Shown one piece after another: positions 18,771 to 27,584 of a stretch of DNA of 64,000 bases. The notes under the pieces were generated by a model. It was not told where the DNA came from. It did not search any database and saw nothing but the letters and a program-made list of their open reading frames with translations. Both the position numbers and the translations under genes were made by a program. This DNA is from Candidatus Woesearchaeota archaeon (GTDB lineage: Archaea; Nanobdellota; Nanobdellia; SCGC-AAA011-G17; UBA489): positions 44,071 to 108,070 of the forward strand of contig JABIKK010000013.1 of assembly GCA_018655015.1 (NCBI GenBank), in the 5' to 3' direction. Within the stretch, counting starts at the first letter, position 1, and the number at the start of each line of letters is the position of its first letter.

Positions 18771-19393
18771 TTGAACACTTCTCCAGTTTCACTATACCAA
18801 AAGTAAAGATCTAATTCATCCATGCTAATGCCTAAATTCATACAATATAACTTAAATTTTTCTTCTATTAAAAGATATTCATTCTTTGTAAGTCCTTTGG
18901 AAACCTCATCAATTACTTCAAAATTTCTTAAATTCCTTAAAATATGTCTATCCAATATTGCAAGATCTCTAAATCCTACATTCCTTAAGAAGTGACTCGC
19001 CTCCTTGAGACCAAGACCCCTTACATTCTTTACAAGCCATTCCCTTACTTCAACGGAGTTGATAGATTTATCACTTAAGTCAAAACTCTCCCAGAGGGTA
19101 TTAAACAAATCTTTCAGTTCACAAACATACTTCGTTTTATTATTATGAAATCTAGTTTTTGTCTTTAGAATATTTCTAATGTCTTCAGAATCAACAGTGG
19201 AATTAAATAAATCCAAAGACTTTACTCCTTCAATAGCTTCAGCACACCTTTTAGCATTACTTTGGGGAGTCAATAAACAAAAACAAAGTTCATAAAAAAT
19301 ATCTTCTTTATCATTAATTTTAGAAAACGTATCTAATCTATCTAAAACTACAGATTTTATTTCAGAATATCCTTCCACAACAGAAGAATTCAT
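18767..19393 (-). CDS. ogg: 8-oxoguanine N-glycosylase/DNA lyase
   Basis: ELCFCLLT, RFHN, GLGLKEASHFLRNVG, AILDRH, LDLYFWY. Confidence 0.95.
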   Translation of the reverse strand: MNSSVVEGYSEIKSVVLDRLDTFSKINDKEDIFYELCFCLLTPQSNAKRCAEAIEGVKSLDLFNSTVDSEDIRNILKTKTRFHNNKTKYVCELKDLFNTLWESFDLSDKSINSVEVREWLVKNVRGLGLKEASHFLRNVGFRDLAILDRHILRNLRNFEVIDEVSKGLTKNEYLLIEEKFKLYCMNLGISMDELDLYFWYSETGEVFK

Positions 19394-20229
19394 TTCATAT
19401 GTATCTCCACTACATCATCATCTGCTAGAACATGATCCAAACCAACAGTTTGCCCTTTAAACTTAGCACTCTTCCCATAAACTCTAGCATACTTAAAACT
19501 CTTAAGAAAATCCTTATGAACTTTTTTAGCAACATCTCTTAATGTTGAGTCCTTTGCAAAAGCTACAGGGGGAAGATCTTTTTCTCTCCCAGGTTGTTTA
19601 GTATAAACTTTAATTATTCCCAACTTGCGCCAAAGATCATCTTTAAATTTCTTAACATCTTGATCATTGTATATCGCCCTCTCAGTTACAACTTCAGATA
19701 ATTCTTTATCCAAAAAACCCTTGTCTTTAACATCCCTAAACAAAAAAACCATAAGATCTGCCTGCTTTAATATCCCTTTGTAAGTGGGGCCCATAACACT
19801 GTCTTCAAAGTTTTCAACAATGGCTGGAATCTCAACAATCTGAATTTTTATTCCATGATAATCCATTACTCCAATTTCTGGTTTCTTAGTTGTAAATTTA
19901 TAATCGGCAACCTCGACATTAGTTCCAGTTAGATCATTCAATAACTTGCTTTTACCAGAATTAGTTTTTCCCACAAGACATATCTGCGCAGCACCTTCCT
20001 TTTTTATCGTTGGAGAGTAACCCCTCCCACTAGATTTACTTTGTTTTTCAATAGTAGTCTTTAGTTTAGATATTCTTTCCTTAATAGAAGCTAACAATTT
20101 TTCACTAGATTTATGCTTAGGTGCAGTTTTGAGCATCTTCTTAAGAGCATTCAGTTTCTCATTGGGACCATCGGCATCCCTATACTCTTCTTCAGATCTC
20201 TGAAAATCAAAACCAGGATTAGTTGCCAT
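19390..20229 (-). CDS. DRG/OBG-family GTP-binding protein with TGS domain (short form)
   Basis: PKHK, GKTNSGKS, YKFTT, C-terminal TGS (VGLDHVLADDDVVEIH). Confidence 0.9.
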   Translation of the reverse strand: MATNPGFDFQRSEEEYRDADGPNEKLNALKKMLKTAPKHKSSEKLLASIKERISKLKTTIEKQSKSSGRGYSPTIKKEGAAQICLVGKTNSGKSKLLNDLTGTNVEVADYKFTTKKPEIGVMDYHGIKIQIVEIPAIVENFEDSVMGPTYKGILKQADLMVFLFRDVKDKGFLDKELSEVVTERAIYNDQDVKKFKDDLWRKLGIIKVYTKQPGREKDLPPVAFAKDSTLRDVAKKVHKDFLKSFKYARVYGKSAKFKGQTVGLDHVLADDDVVEIHMK

Positions 20230-20267
20230 TCGAAATAAGTCCCAACAGGCCTTTAAAAATTTTACAT

Positions 20268-21674
20268 TCAGTAGAATGGTTTAGCAGAATTATCGGATTT
20301 TTGACCCCAAGATGAAGCATCCTTGCTAGATCCTAGATCTCTAGGAGTGAACTTAATTGGGCCTTTTCCACCACTAGGGCTACCTTTTCCAGATATCCTA
20401 TGAACTACAACCATTAGAACCACAATAACAATTATTAAAATCAATAAAGTCCAAAGCCATCCAAATTCACCTTCTCCCTCAGGAGTTTCCACAACATCAG
20501 TTACATCTTCAACTGAAGGGGCCTCTATTACTTCCTCTACTAGAGGTGCAGGCGAAGATATCTCTTTAAAGACTAAATCTGCAGACTTTTGATGTATCTT
20601 ATGTAAGTATATTTCTAAATCATTTACGCCATCTGCATTAACATCTATTTCTTTAGTTTCATTAACTTCAAGGCTAACTGTAAAAGGTTCGCTAGAAATC
20701 AACAAAGTTACAGAACTATCTCCCATTTCTTCAACTTTAATTTCATGCTCCTCTTCAGCAAGCAAAAATCTAATTCCACCTAATTTTTTAATTAATCTTG
20801 CTTCACCTTGTTCAGGCAATGAGCCATACTTACCAGCATAATCTTCCATTGTTCCCTTACCAATAACTTTCTTAGCTATAGGTGCAACAAAGTTTGGATC
20901 TACAAAAGGTGAAGTTCCACCCTGAACAAGAGTTTGAGTTGAGAAGTTCAATATCTTTTCTAAGTTGTTTCCTGCATTATCCTGTGCGAAACACTTAATG
21001 CTAAGTTCCCCTTCTCTTCTCGTAAGGTCTCCAGAAACAGTTGCCACAACTTGTGCAGTTGTATTTTTTGTTAACGTTAAATTTTCAGTATATGAAGATA
21101 ATCCTGGTAGCTTAACACTCATGTAATTTTTACTAATATCTATTATTGACGTAGCATCTGTGAATGTACAATTAACTACCATCTCAGCCCCATAGTCTAT
21201 TTTCAAAGAAGTCGTCAAATTAGTTCCAAGAGTATCTTTAAATTGTATGTGTCCTGTTGGTGCAGTTGTATCTAAAAGTTGAATATTTGCTAATGTTGCA
21301 GTAAAATCACCAGTCCCATTGTTAACTGTAATGTTTAGTGTATAATTTGCATCTGACGAAAAGTTAGCCGCGGTTATAGTTAAATTCCATAACAATTGAT
21401 TAGCTGAACTGTTTGAATGATTAGATACATGTGTCCATGTAGTGCCAGCATCTGTAGATATATACCATGTTGCATTACCTGCCATATTACCTGTAAATGT
21501 AGCCCCAGTAGTGACAGCAGCAGCAGCAGTGATGTATGTAGTAGCGGCTGAAGGCGTATCAAGTGTAACATCTGTAACCGAAGCTGAAACAGCAACAACA
21601 CTAAATAACATAACAAATAAGAACATTAATGCAAATACACTTCTCTTAAAAAAATAAACCTCTTTAAAGCTCAT
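20268..21674 (-). CDS. Surface glycoprotein candidate, paralog of 62577-63860
   Basis: Signal peptide, many NxS/T sequons, DVNADGVNDL motif, C-terminal TM. Confidence 0.85.
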   Translation of the reverse strand: MSFKEVYFFKRSVFALMFLFVMLFSVVAVSASVTDVTLDTPSAATTYITAAAAVTTGATFTGNMAGNATWYISTDAGTTWTHVSNHSNSSANQLLWNLTITAANFSSDANYTLNITVNNGTGDFTATLANIQLLDTTAPTGHIQFKDTLGTNLTTSLKIDYGAEMVVNCTFTDATSIIDISKNYMSVKLPGLSSYTENLTLTKNTTAQVVATVSGDLTRREGELSIKCFAQDNAGNNLEKILNFSTQTLVQGGTSPFVDPNFVAPIAKKVIGKGTMEDYAGKYGSLPEQGEARLIKKLGGIRFLLAEEEHEIKVEEMGDSSVTLLISSEPFTVSLEVNETKEIDVNADGVNDLEIYLHKIHQKSADLVFKEISSPAPLVEEVIEAPSVEDVTDVVETPEGEGEFGWLWTLLILIIVIVVLMVVVHRISGKGSPSGGKGPIKFTPRDLGSSKDASSWGQKSDNSAKPFY

Positions 21675-21781
21675 AGTTCAAATAACATCAAAATTATTTA
21701 TAAATCTTTTGATTAAAGAATTAAATCAAAAAAGATTAAATCACAAGATTTAAGAAAGAATATTCTAAATTTAAATTACCT

Positions 21782-21865
21782 GTGGGAGTGCCGGAGCGGT
21801 CAAACGGGATGGCCTCAAGAGCCATTGGCTTAGTGCCTACTAAGGTTCGAATCCTTGCTCCCACA
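21782..21865 (+). tRNA. tRNA-Leu(CAA)
   Basis: GTGGGAG/CTCCCAC acceptor, ATGGC-CTCAAGA-GCCAT anticodon arm, long variable arm. Confidence 0.96.
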
Positions 21866-21875
21866 TTATTAAAAA

Positions 21876-22712
21876 ATGATAGGATACATTATCGGATTTT
21901 TTGCACTGTTAAGCGTGTATAATGAAATTAACTTTTTCCTAATTAAACGAAAAATAACTGGACCAATCACTGCAATGAAAGGTGCTGAATCATTTTCAAA
22001 AAAAAGAGGTAAAAAGGTTGCACTATTAATACATGGTTTTTCTAGTAGCCCAAAAGAATTTAGAGAGCTTGGAAACTTATTAGCAAGAAACAATATATCT
22101 GTTTATGTACCACTTCTACCAGGACATGGAACATCCCCAGAAAGACTTGCAGTTACTAAACATTTCCAATGGATAGAATCAGTCAATGATTCAATCAAAA
22201 AATTAGAAAAAGAATACAAAGAAATCTATTTAGTTGGTAACTCCTTGGGCGGAAATCTTGCTATTATATCTGCAAACAAATCAAAAAAAATCAAAGGAAT
22301 CGTTACTCTTGGTTCTCCAATAATATTCAGAAAAGAAAAAATAAAAAGATACTTATTTTTCCCAATAATTAGAAGGATAAAACTATTTCAAAAAAAGAAA
22401 TATGACATAGACATTACTGAAATTAACAAAAGAAGAACAACCTATCCAATGGTTGCATTAAGGTCCATCCACCAGGGCTTAAAAATAGTAATTTTGTCTA
22501 AAAAGTGCATAAAGAATATAAAAACACCAATATTGGTGATGCAGACTGAAAATGACAAATTAACTATTGAAGAAAGTGGAGAATACATTATAAACCATAT
22601 TAAGTCTAAAAGAAAAGAGCTAATCACAATTCCAGAATCATATCATGTATTCATACTAGATAAATATAGAAAACAAGTAAATAAAAAGATTCTAGGATTC
22701 ATAAAAAAATGA
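21876..22712 (+). CDS. Alpha/beta hydrolase (carboxylesterase/monoacylglycerol lipase-like)
   Basis: HGFSS, LPGHG, GNSLG nucleophile motif, C-terminal SYH. Confidence 0.9.
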   Translation: MIGYIIGFFALLSVYNEINFFLIKRKITGPITAMKGAESFSKKRGKKVALLIHGFSSSPKEFRELGNLLARNNISVYVPLLPGHGTSPERLAVTKHFQWIESVNDSIKKLEKEYKEIYLVGNSLGGNLAIISANKSKKIKGIVTLGSPIIFRKEKIKRYLFFPIIRRIKLFQKKKYDIDITEINKRRTTYPMVALRSIHQGLKIVILSKKCIKNIKTPILVMQTENDKLTIEESGEYIINHIKSKRKELITIPESYHVFILDKYRKQVNKKILGFIKK

Positions 22713-23419
22713 AAGTACTAACAAACACAAAAGGAAAAAGATTTTTTTGGAAATCTGGAGACCTACACACAGAAGATGGAATCATAAAAGAATCAGATAT
22801 AAGAAATAGATCCAATAAAATAAAGAGCAATATAGAAAAAGAATTAATTAAATTTGATGCAAAATTCCAAGATCAATTGGATGACTTAACGCCAGGTCCA
22901 GCAACAGTAAATGCAAAAGACGCTGGAACAATAATTGCACAAACAGGAATTAATTCCAAAAGTAAAATTGTAGATGCGGGTTCTGGTTCAGGATTCTTAG
23001 CAGCATATTTAGCAAACATCACAAACAACGTAACAACCTATGAAAAAAACACTGGGCATTTCAAACTAGCAAAAGGCAACTTAAAAAAACTCGCGCCAAA
23101 AGTAAAAATAAAAAACAAAGACGTCTCCGAAGGAATCGACGAAACAAATTTAGACTTAATAACCTTAGATCTTCCAGACCCAGAAAATATCCTAAAACAT
23201 GCAGAATCATCGTTAAATTCAGGTGCTTATTTAGTCTGCTATCTCCCAAGTATAACTCAAGTGCAAAGCATAATAAAAGCCTCAAAAAAATACAATTTCA
23301 TCTTAGAAAAAGCCATAGAAACAATAGAAAGAGAATGGGTCGTCCAAGATAGAATATGTCGCCCAAAACATCAAATTCTAGGCCATACAGCATTCTTAGT
23401 GTTCTTTAGAAAGTATTAA
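22709..23419 (+). CDS. trmI: tRNA (adenine-N1)-methyltransferase TrmI
   Basis: KDAG.I, DAGSGSG, LDLPDP, RP..Q.LGHTAFL. Confidence 0.92.
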   Translation: MKVLTNTKGKRFFWKSGDLHTEDGIIKESDIRNRSNKIKSNIEKELIKFDAKFQDQLDDLTPGPATVNAKDAGTIIAQTGINSKSKIVDAGSGSGFLAAYLANITNNVTTYEKNTGHFKLAKGNLKKLAPKVKIKNKDVSEGIDETNLDLITLDLPDPENILKHAESSLNSGAYLVCYLPSITQVQSIIKASKKYNFILEKAIETIEREWVVQDRICRPKHQILGHTAFLVFFRKY

Positions 23420-23427
23420 AAACCATT

Positions 23428-23471
23428 GTACTAGATAACTTGTATTGCTTATTCTACGTATTATCTAGTAC
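23428..23471. repeat. Perfect 11-bp inverted repeat with 22-nt spacer
   Basis: GTACTAGATAA (23428-23438) / TTATCTAGTAC (23461-23471), intergenic. Confidence 0.8.
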
Positions 23472-23517
23472 TAAACTAATAGTAAACCCTATTTTAAAAG
23501 GGTTTCGGAGATAAAAA

Positions 23518-25320
23518 ATGAAAAAAATAATGAAAAAATATGTCGTAGACACATCTGCGATAATTGAAAAAATTCCTACTACTCAGATTAAAGAGAAGAA
23601 GATTGCTGAAGGAGACATATTAATCCCCCATGCAGTAATAGCGGAGCTTGAAAATCAGGCAAATCGGGGAAAAGAAATTGGTCTAATTGGCCTTGAAGAA
23701 ATACAAGAAATTAGAGAACTTTGTAAAAAAAATAAAGTCACACTCAATTTCGTTGGAGAAAGACCATCTGAACATCAGATAAGACATGCTAAATCTGGAG
23801 AAATAGATGCATACATAAGAGAATTAGCTTCTCAAAACGATGCAACATTAATCACCGCAGATCTAGTACAATCTAAATCTGGAAAGGCACTTGGAATAGA
23901 AGTAGATTACATTGAAATTGTAAAATACCAAGAAGAATTAACTTTAGAAAAGTATATTGACGATAAAACAATGTCTTTACACCTAAAAGAAAATAACTAT
24001 GTTATGGCAAAAAAAGGAGCTCCAGGTAACTGGAATTTAGAAAAAGTTAGTAAAACTAAAATAACTCCTGAACAAATGCAAAAATATGCACAAGAGATTA
24101 TTGAAAAAACAAGATTAGATAAAAAATCTTACACTGAAATTTCAAAGAGATGTACAACGGTTGTTCAATATCAAAATTTAAGAATTGTAATTGTAAAACC
24201 TCCTGTTTCAAACGGATGGGAAATAACAATCGTGCACCCTTTAACTAAGTTAGATCTAGAAGACTATAAACTTCCAGAAGAATTAGCAGAGAGGATTGAA
24301 CATAAAGCAAGAGGAATAATCATCTGTGGAGAAACAGGATCAGGTAAAACAACCCTAGCACAGGCTATAGCTGAATGGTATGTAAATGACAATAGAATTG
24401 TAAAAACAGTAGAATCTCCTAGAGACCTACAATTACCCGATTCAGTCACACAGTACTCCAAGAACTTTACTAGTGAGGGAGAGATACATGATATCTTATT
24501 CCTTTCAAGACCAGATAATATCTTGTTTGATGAAATGAGGTCTTCGCCAGATTTTGCATTATACACTGATCTAAGATTAGCTGGATCGAATATGATCGGA
24601 GTTCTACATGCCGCACAAGCTATTGATGCAGTTCAAAGATTTATTGCACGTCTTGACACCGGGGTTATTCCAAATGTTGTAGACACAATCATCTTCATGG
24701 AAGCAGGTAAAATAGAAAAAGTTCTAACATTGAAAATGATGGTTAAGGTTCCAAGTGGAATGACTGAGTCAGACCTAGCAAGACCTATAATCGAAGTAAG
24801 AGACTATCAAACAAATAAATTAGATTATGAGATCTATAGTTATGGGGAACAAACAGTTGTAATTCCAATTTCATCTGATACAAAAAAATCAGGTGCAATG
24901 AAACTTGCTGAAAATGAAATTGTAAAATACTTCTTAAAATACGCCCCATCAGTCAAGGCAGAAGTTGTCAGCAGTTCAAAGGCAGTTGTTTACATTCCAG
25001 AAGATAGAATTGCAAAGGTTATTGGTAGTGCAGGAAAGAACATTGAAAAATGTGAAAAGGATCTAGGTATTGGAATAGATATTAGAGAACTAAAAATAGA
25101 GAAAAATAATGTCAAATATTCTCTAAAAGAAGATAAGAAAAACCTAGTCTTCTACTCTGATCCTGGGCAAACCCTTGAAATCTATACAAATGGCAAATTT
25201 ATCCTTTCCGCAATTACAAGTAAAAAAGGCGAAATTAAGATAAATAAAAAGAGTGTACAAGGAAGAGACATTCTAAAGGTTCTTAGCAAAAAGAATGGGG
25301 AAATAGAAGTCAAGGCCTAA
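23518..25320 (+). CDS. PIN-domain ATPase with KH domain (PINA family)
   Basis: YVVDTS PIN, GETGSGKT Walker A, ESPRDL, DEMR, KH VIGSAG. Confidence 0.93.
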   Translation: MKKIMKKYVVDTSAIIEKIPTTQIKEKKIAEGDILIPHAVIAELENQANRGKEIGLIGLEEIQEIRELCKKNKVTLNFVGERPSEHQIRHAKSGEIDAYIRELASQNDATLITADLVQSKSGKALGIEVDYIEIVKYQEELTLEKYIDDKTMSLHLKENNYVMAKKGAPGNWNLEKVSKTKITPEQMQKYAQEIIEKTRLDKKSYTEISKRCTTVVQYQNLRIVIVKPPVSNGWEITIVHPLTKLDLEDYKLPEELAERIEHKARGIIICGETGSGKTTLAQAIAEWYVNDNRIVKTVESPRDLQLPDSVTQYSKNFTSEGEIHDILFLSRPDNILFDEMRSSPDFALYTDLRLAGSNMIGVLHAAQAIDAVQRFIARLDTGVIPNVVDTIIFMEAGKIEKVLTLKMMVKVPSGMTESDLARPIIEVRDYQTNKLDYEIYSYGEQTVVIPISSDTKKSGAMKLAENEIVKYFLKYAPSVKAEVVSSSKAVVYIPEDRIAKVIGSAGKNIEKCEKDLGIGIDIRELKIEKNNVKYSLKEDKKNLVFYSDPGQTLEIYTNGKFILSAITSKKGEIKINKKSVQGRDILKVLSKKNGEIEVKA

Positions 25321-25322
25321 AA

Positions 25323-26303
25323 ATGGACAAACCCTATAGTCTCGTAGTCCTCGGAGGAGGCAGTGGATGCTTTTCGATACTAAGAGGTCTAAAAAAATTC
25401 TCTAGTCTAGCCACCATAACTTCTATTTTTACAATTGCAGATGACGGTGGCTCAAGTGGAGTTCTAAGAAGCGAATTTGGAATACTCCCTCCTGGAGATT
25501 TAAGAAGACATATAGCGGCATTATCAGAATCATCTAAAAAAATGGTGGAACTTCTTAACTTCAGATTCAAAGATAGTCCATCTGTAAAAGATCATTCACT
25601 GGGTAATTTAATTTACACAGCCCTAGCAAAAATCACAGGTTCTGACGAAGGCGCAATAAGAGAAATGAATAATATCTTTCAAACAAATGAAAGTTTAGTT
25701 TTGCCCGCATCATTAGATAAAGTTAAACTAATCGCAGAATACGAAAATGGAATTTCTCTCAGAGGAGAAACAAATATTGATAATTTAAACAGTAATAAGC
25801 ATGGGGCAATAACCAAAGTTCATTTAGAGCCCGAAGCAACAGCATACTTGCCAACAGTTGAAGTTCTCAAAAGAGCAACACACATAATACTCAGTGCAGG
25901 AGATCTTTATACAAGCATAGTTCCAATACTTCTAGTAAATAACATACCTGAAGCAATAAGAGATTCAAATGCAAAAATTATTTACGTATCAAATTTAATG
26001 ACAAAAATGGGAGAAACAGATAACTTCAAAACAGAAAATTTCATAGAAATATTAAACAAATATCTAAAATACAAAAAGGTAGATTGCGTAATTGTAAATA
26101 AGAAAACCCCTTCTGAGGAATTAATAAAGGAATACAAGGAAGAAGGTTCAGAAATAGTAACTTACAGTAAAGATAGTCTAAACAACTTAGGAACAAAAGT
26201 AATTGAGGAAAACCTAATATTGGAAAAAGAAATTCTTAGACACAATCCAAAAAATACGGCATTAGCAATCATAAAGTACGTTCTAGACTCTTCAACGTCA
26301 TAA
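25323..26303 (+). CDS. YvcK/CofD-related (UPF0052) protein
   Basis: GGGSG, DDGGSSG.LR, PPGDLR, HSLGNL, LYTSIVP, NLMT..GET. Confidence 0.93.
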   Translation: MDKPYSLVVLGGGSGCFSILRGLKKFSSLATITSIFTIADDGGSSGVLRSEFGILPPGDLRRHIAALSESSKKMVELLNFRFKDSPSVKDHSLGNLIYTALAKITGSDEGAIREMNNIFQTNESLVLPASLDKVKLIAEYENGISLRGETNIDNLNSNKHGAITKVHLEPEATAYLPTVEVLKRATHIILSAGDLYTSIVPILLVNNIPEAIRDSNAKIIYVSNLMTKMGETDNFKTENFIEILNKYLKYKKVDCVIVNKKTPSEELIKEYKEEGSEIVTYSKDSLNNLGTKVIEENLILEKEILRHNPKNTALAIIKYVLDSSTS

Positions 26304-26363
26304 TAAGAAAATATTCCTGGAATTTCTTATACAAACTTATAAAATAACAGTCCAATAAGGTTA

Positions 26364-27029
26364 ATGATCAATTCTCCAGAGAAAATTAATAATCCATTAT
26401 TTTTAGAATTATACGGAGCCTTACTTGGAGACGGTTGGATTGGAAGATATATCAATAAAAAGAAGGACAAAGAGTATCCATACTATCTTCTAGGCATTAG
26501 TGGAGATTCTAGATTAGATAAAGATTATTTTGATTTTCTTTCCCATACTATAGGGAAATTATTTGGCATTCATCCAACAATAAGAAAGAAAAAGTTAGAA
26601 AATACTATTGAACTAAGAGCCTACAATGAAAAAATTGTAAAGTACCTAAACTCAGAACTTAATTTTCCAATTGGTAAAAAGGGAGAGTTCAAAATTAAAA
26701 GAGAGATAAACAATGAATGGGGAAAAGTTAAACATGTCATAAGAGGTATATTCGACACAGACGGGTCAATATATTTCGATAAAACTCCAGTCGGACGACC
26801 TTACCCTACAATCTCAATCAGCATAACTTCCAGGCCCGCCCTAAAACAAATTAGAGATAATCTTTTAAAACAGGGTTTTAAGGTACAAAATAGAAAAGAT
26901 CGACCTGAGATAAAATTAAAAGGTAGAAAACAATTAGAAAAATGGATGAAAGAAATAGGATGTAGAAATAACAGACATTTTTCAAAATACAAGAAATTCA
27001 TACAAGGGCCCGTAGCTCAGCTTGGATAG
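26364..27029 (+). CDS. Free-standing double-motif LAGLIDADG endonuclease
   Basis: Motifs LYGALLGDG and IRGIFDTDG; last codons GPVAQLG* are the tRNA-Arg 5' end. Confidence 0.88.
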   Translation: MINSPEKINNPLFLELYGALLGDGWIGRYINKKKDKEYPYYLLGISGDSRLDKDYFDFLSHTIGKLFGIHPTIRKKKLENTIELRAYNEKIVKYLNSELNFPIGKKGEFKIKREINNEWGKVKHVIRGIFDTDGSIYFDKTPVGRPYPTISISITSRPALKQIRDNLLKQGFKVQNRKDRPEIKLKGRKQLEKWMKEIGCRNNRHFSKYKKFIQGPVAQLG

Positions 27030-27080
27030 AGCATTTCCCTCCTAAGGAAAGGGTCGCAGGTTCAAATCCTGTCGGGTCCG
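27006..27080 (+). tRNA. tRNA-Arg(CCT)
   Basis: GGGCCCG/CGGGTCC acceptor, TTTCC-CTCCTAA-GGAAA anticodon arm, GGTTCAAATCC. Confidence 0.95.
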
Positions 27081-27407
27081 CTAATAAACTTCTATTCTAC
27101 CTTTCCCCAATATATAATGAATTTTCGCATAAGTTGTTCTGCCTTCCCCCTTATCTCGGAACAAAACAAAATGGTAATCTGGAAGAGTTAATTTAGGATT
27201 GTCAGCACTTTTACGGCAACTATCTAGAAAAATACCATCAAAATGATCTGCGTTATCCTCAAGCAAGCCCATAGCTTCTTCAGCAGTGAGAACCTGGCCA
27301 AAAAACAAAGAACCATTCTTTCTTCCAGAATGAGTGTGCTCTGCAAAAGAAACTGCTAAATCCTCGAGAACCTTCAAACTGTCAGTATTAAGAGATCTTC
27401 TAACCAT
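27081..27407 (-). CDS. Hypothetical protein between two tRNAs
   Basis: 108-aa ORF, AGTGAT RBS-like and TTAAAT box upstream. Confidence 0.65.
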   Translation of the reverse strand: MVRRSLNTDSLKVLEDLAVSFAEHTHSGRKNGSLFFGQVLTAEEAMGLLEDNADHFDGIFLDSCRKSADNPKLTLPDYHFVLFRDKGEGRTTYAKIHYILGKGRIEVY

Positions 27408-27511
27408 TAAATATCACTACAAAACAACCACTACTCCAAGATTTAAAAGAATTATACAACTAGAAGCTTGAGAAATCTTTAAAAACAACATCGCGCCTTT
27501 TTTGGACAGAA

Positions 27512-27583
27512 GCGCTGGTAGTGTAATGGCTAGCATAGGAGCCTTCCAAGCTCTTGATCCGGGTTCGAATCCCGGCCGGCGCA
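27512..27583 (+). tRNA. tRNA-Gly(TCC)
   Basis: GCGCTGG/CCGGCGC acceptor, GGAGC-CTTCCAA-GCTCT anticodon arm; TTTAAAA box upstream. Confidence 0.96.
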
Positions 27584-27584
27584 C

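Noticed and set aside
21700-21780. Short GATTAAATCA-like repeats between the surface gene and tRNA-Leu(CAA)
   Set aside because: Imperfect and very AT-rich; not distinguishable from background by eye.
16399-27029. LAGLIDADG ORFs as inteins or tRNA/rRNA introns
   Set aside because: No intein terminal residues or host exteins; the 5S and tRNA-Arg genes are contiguous and uninterrupted.
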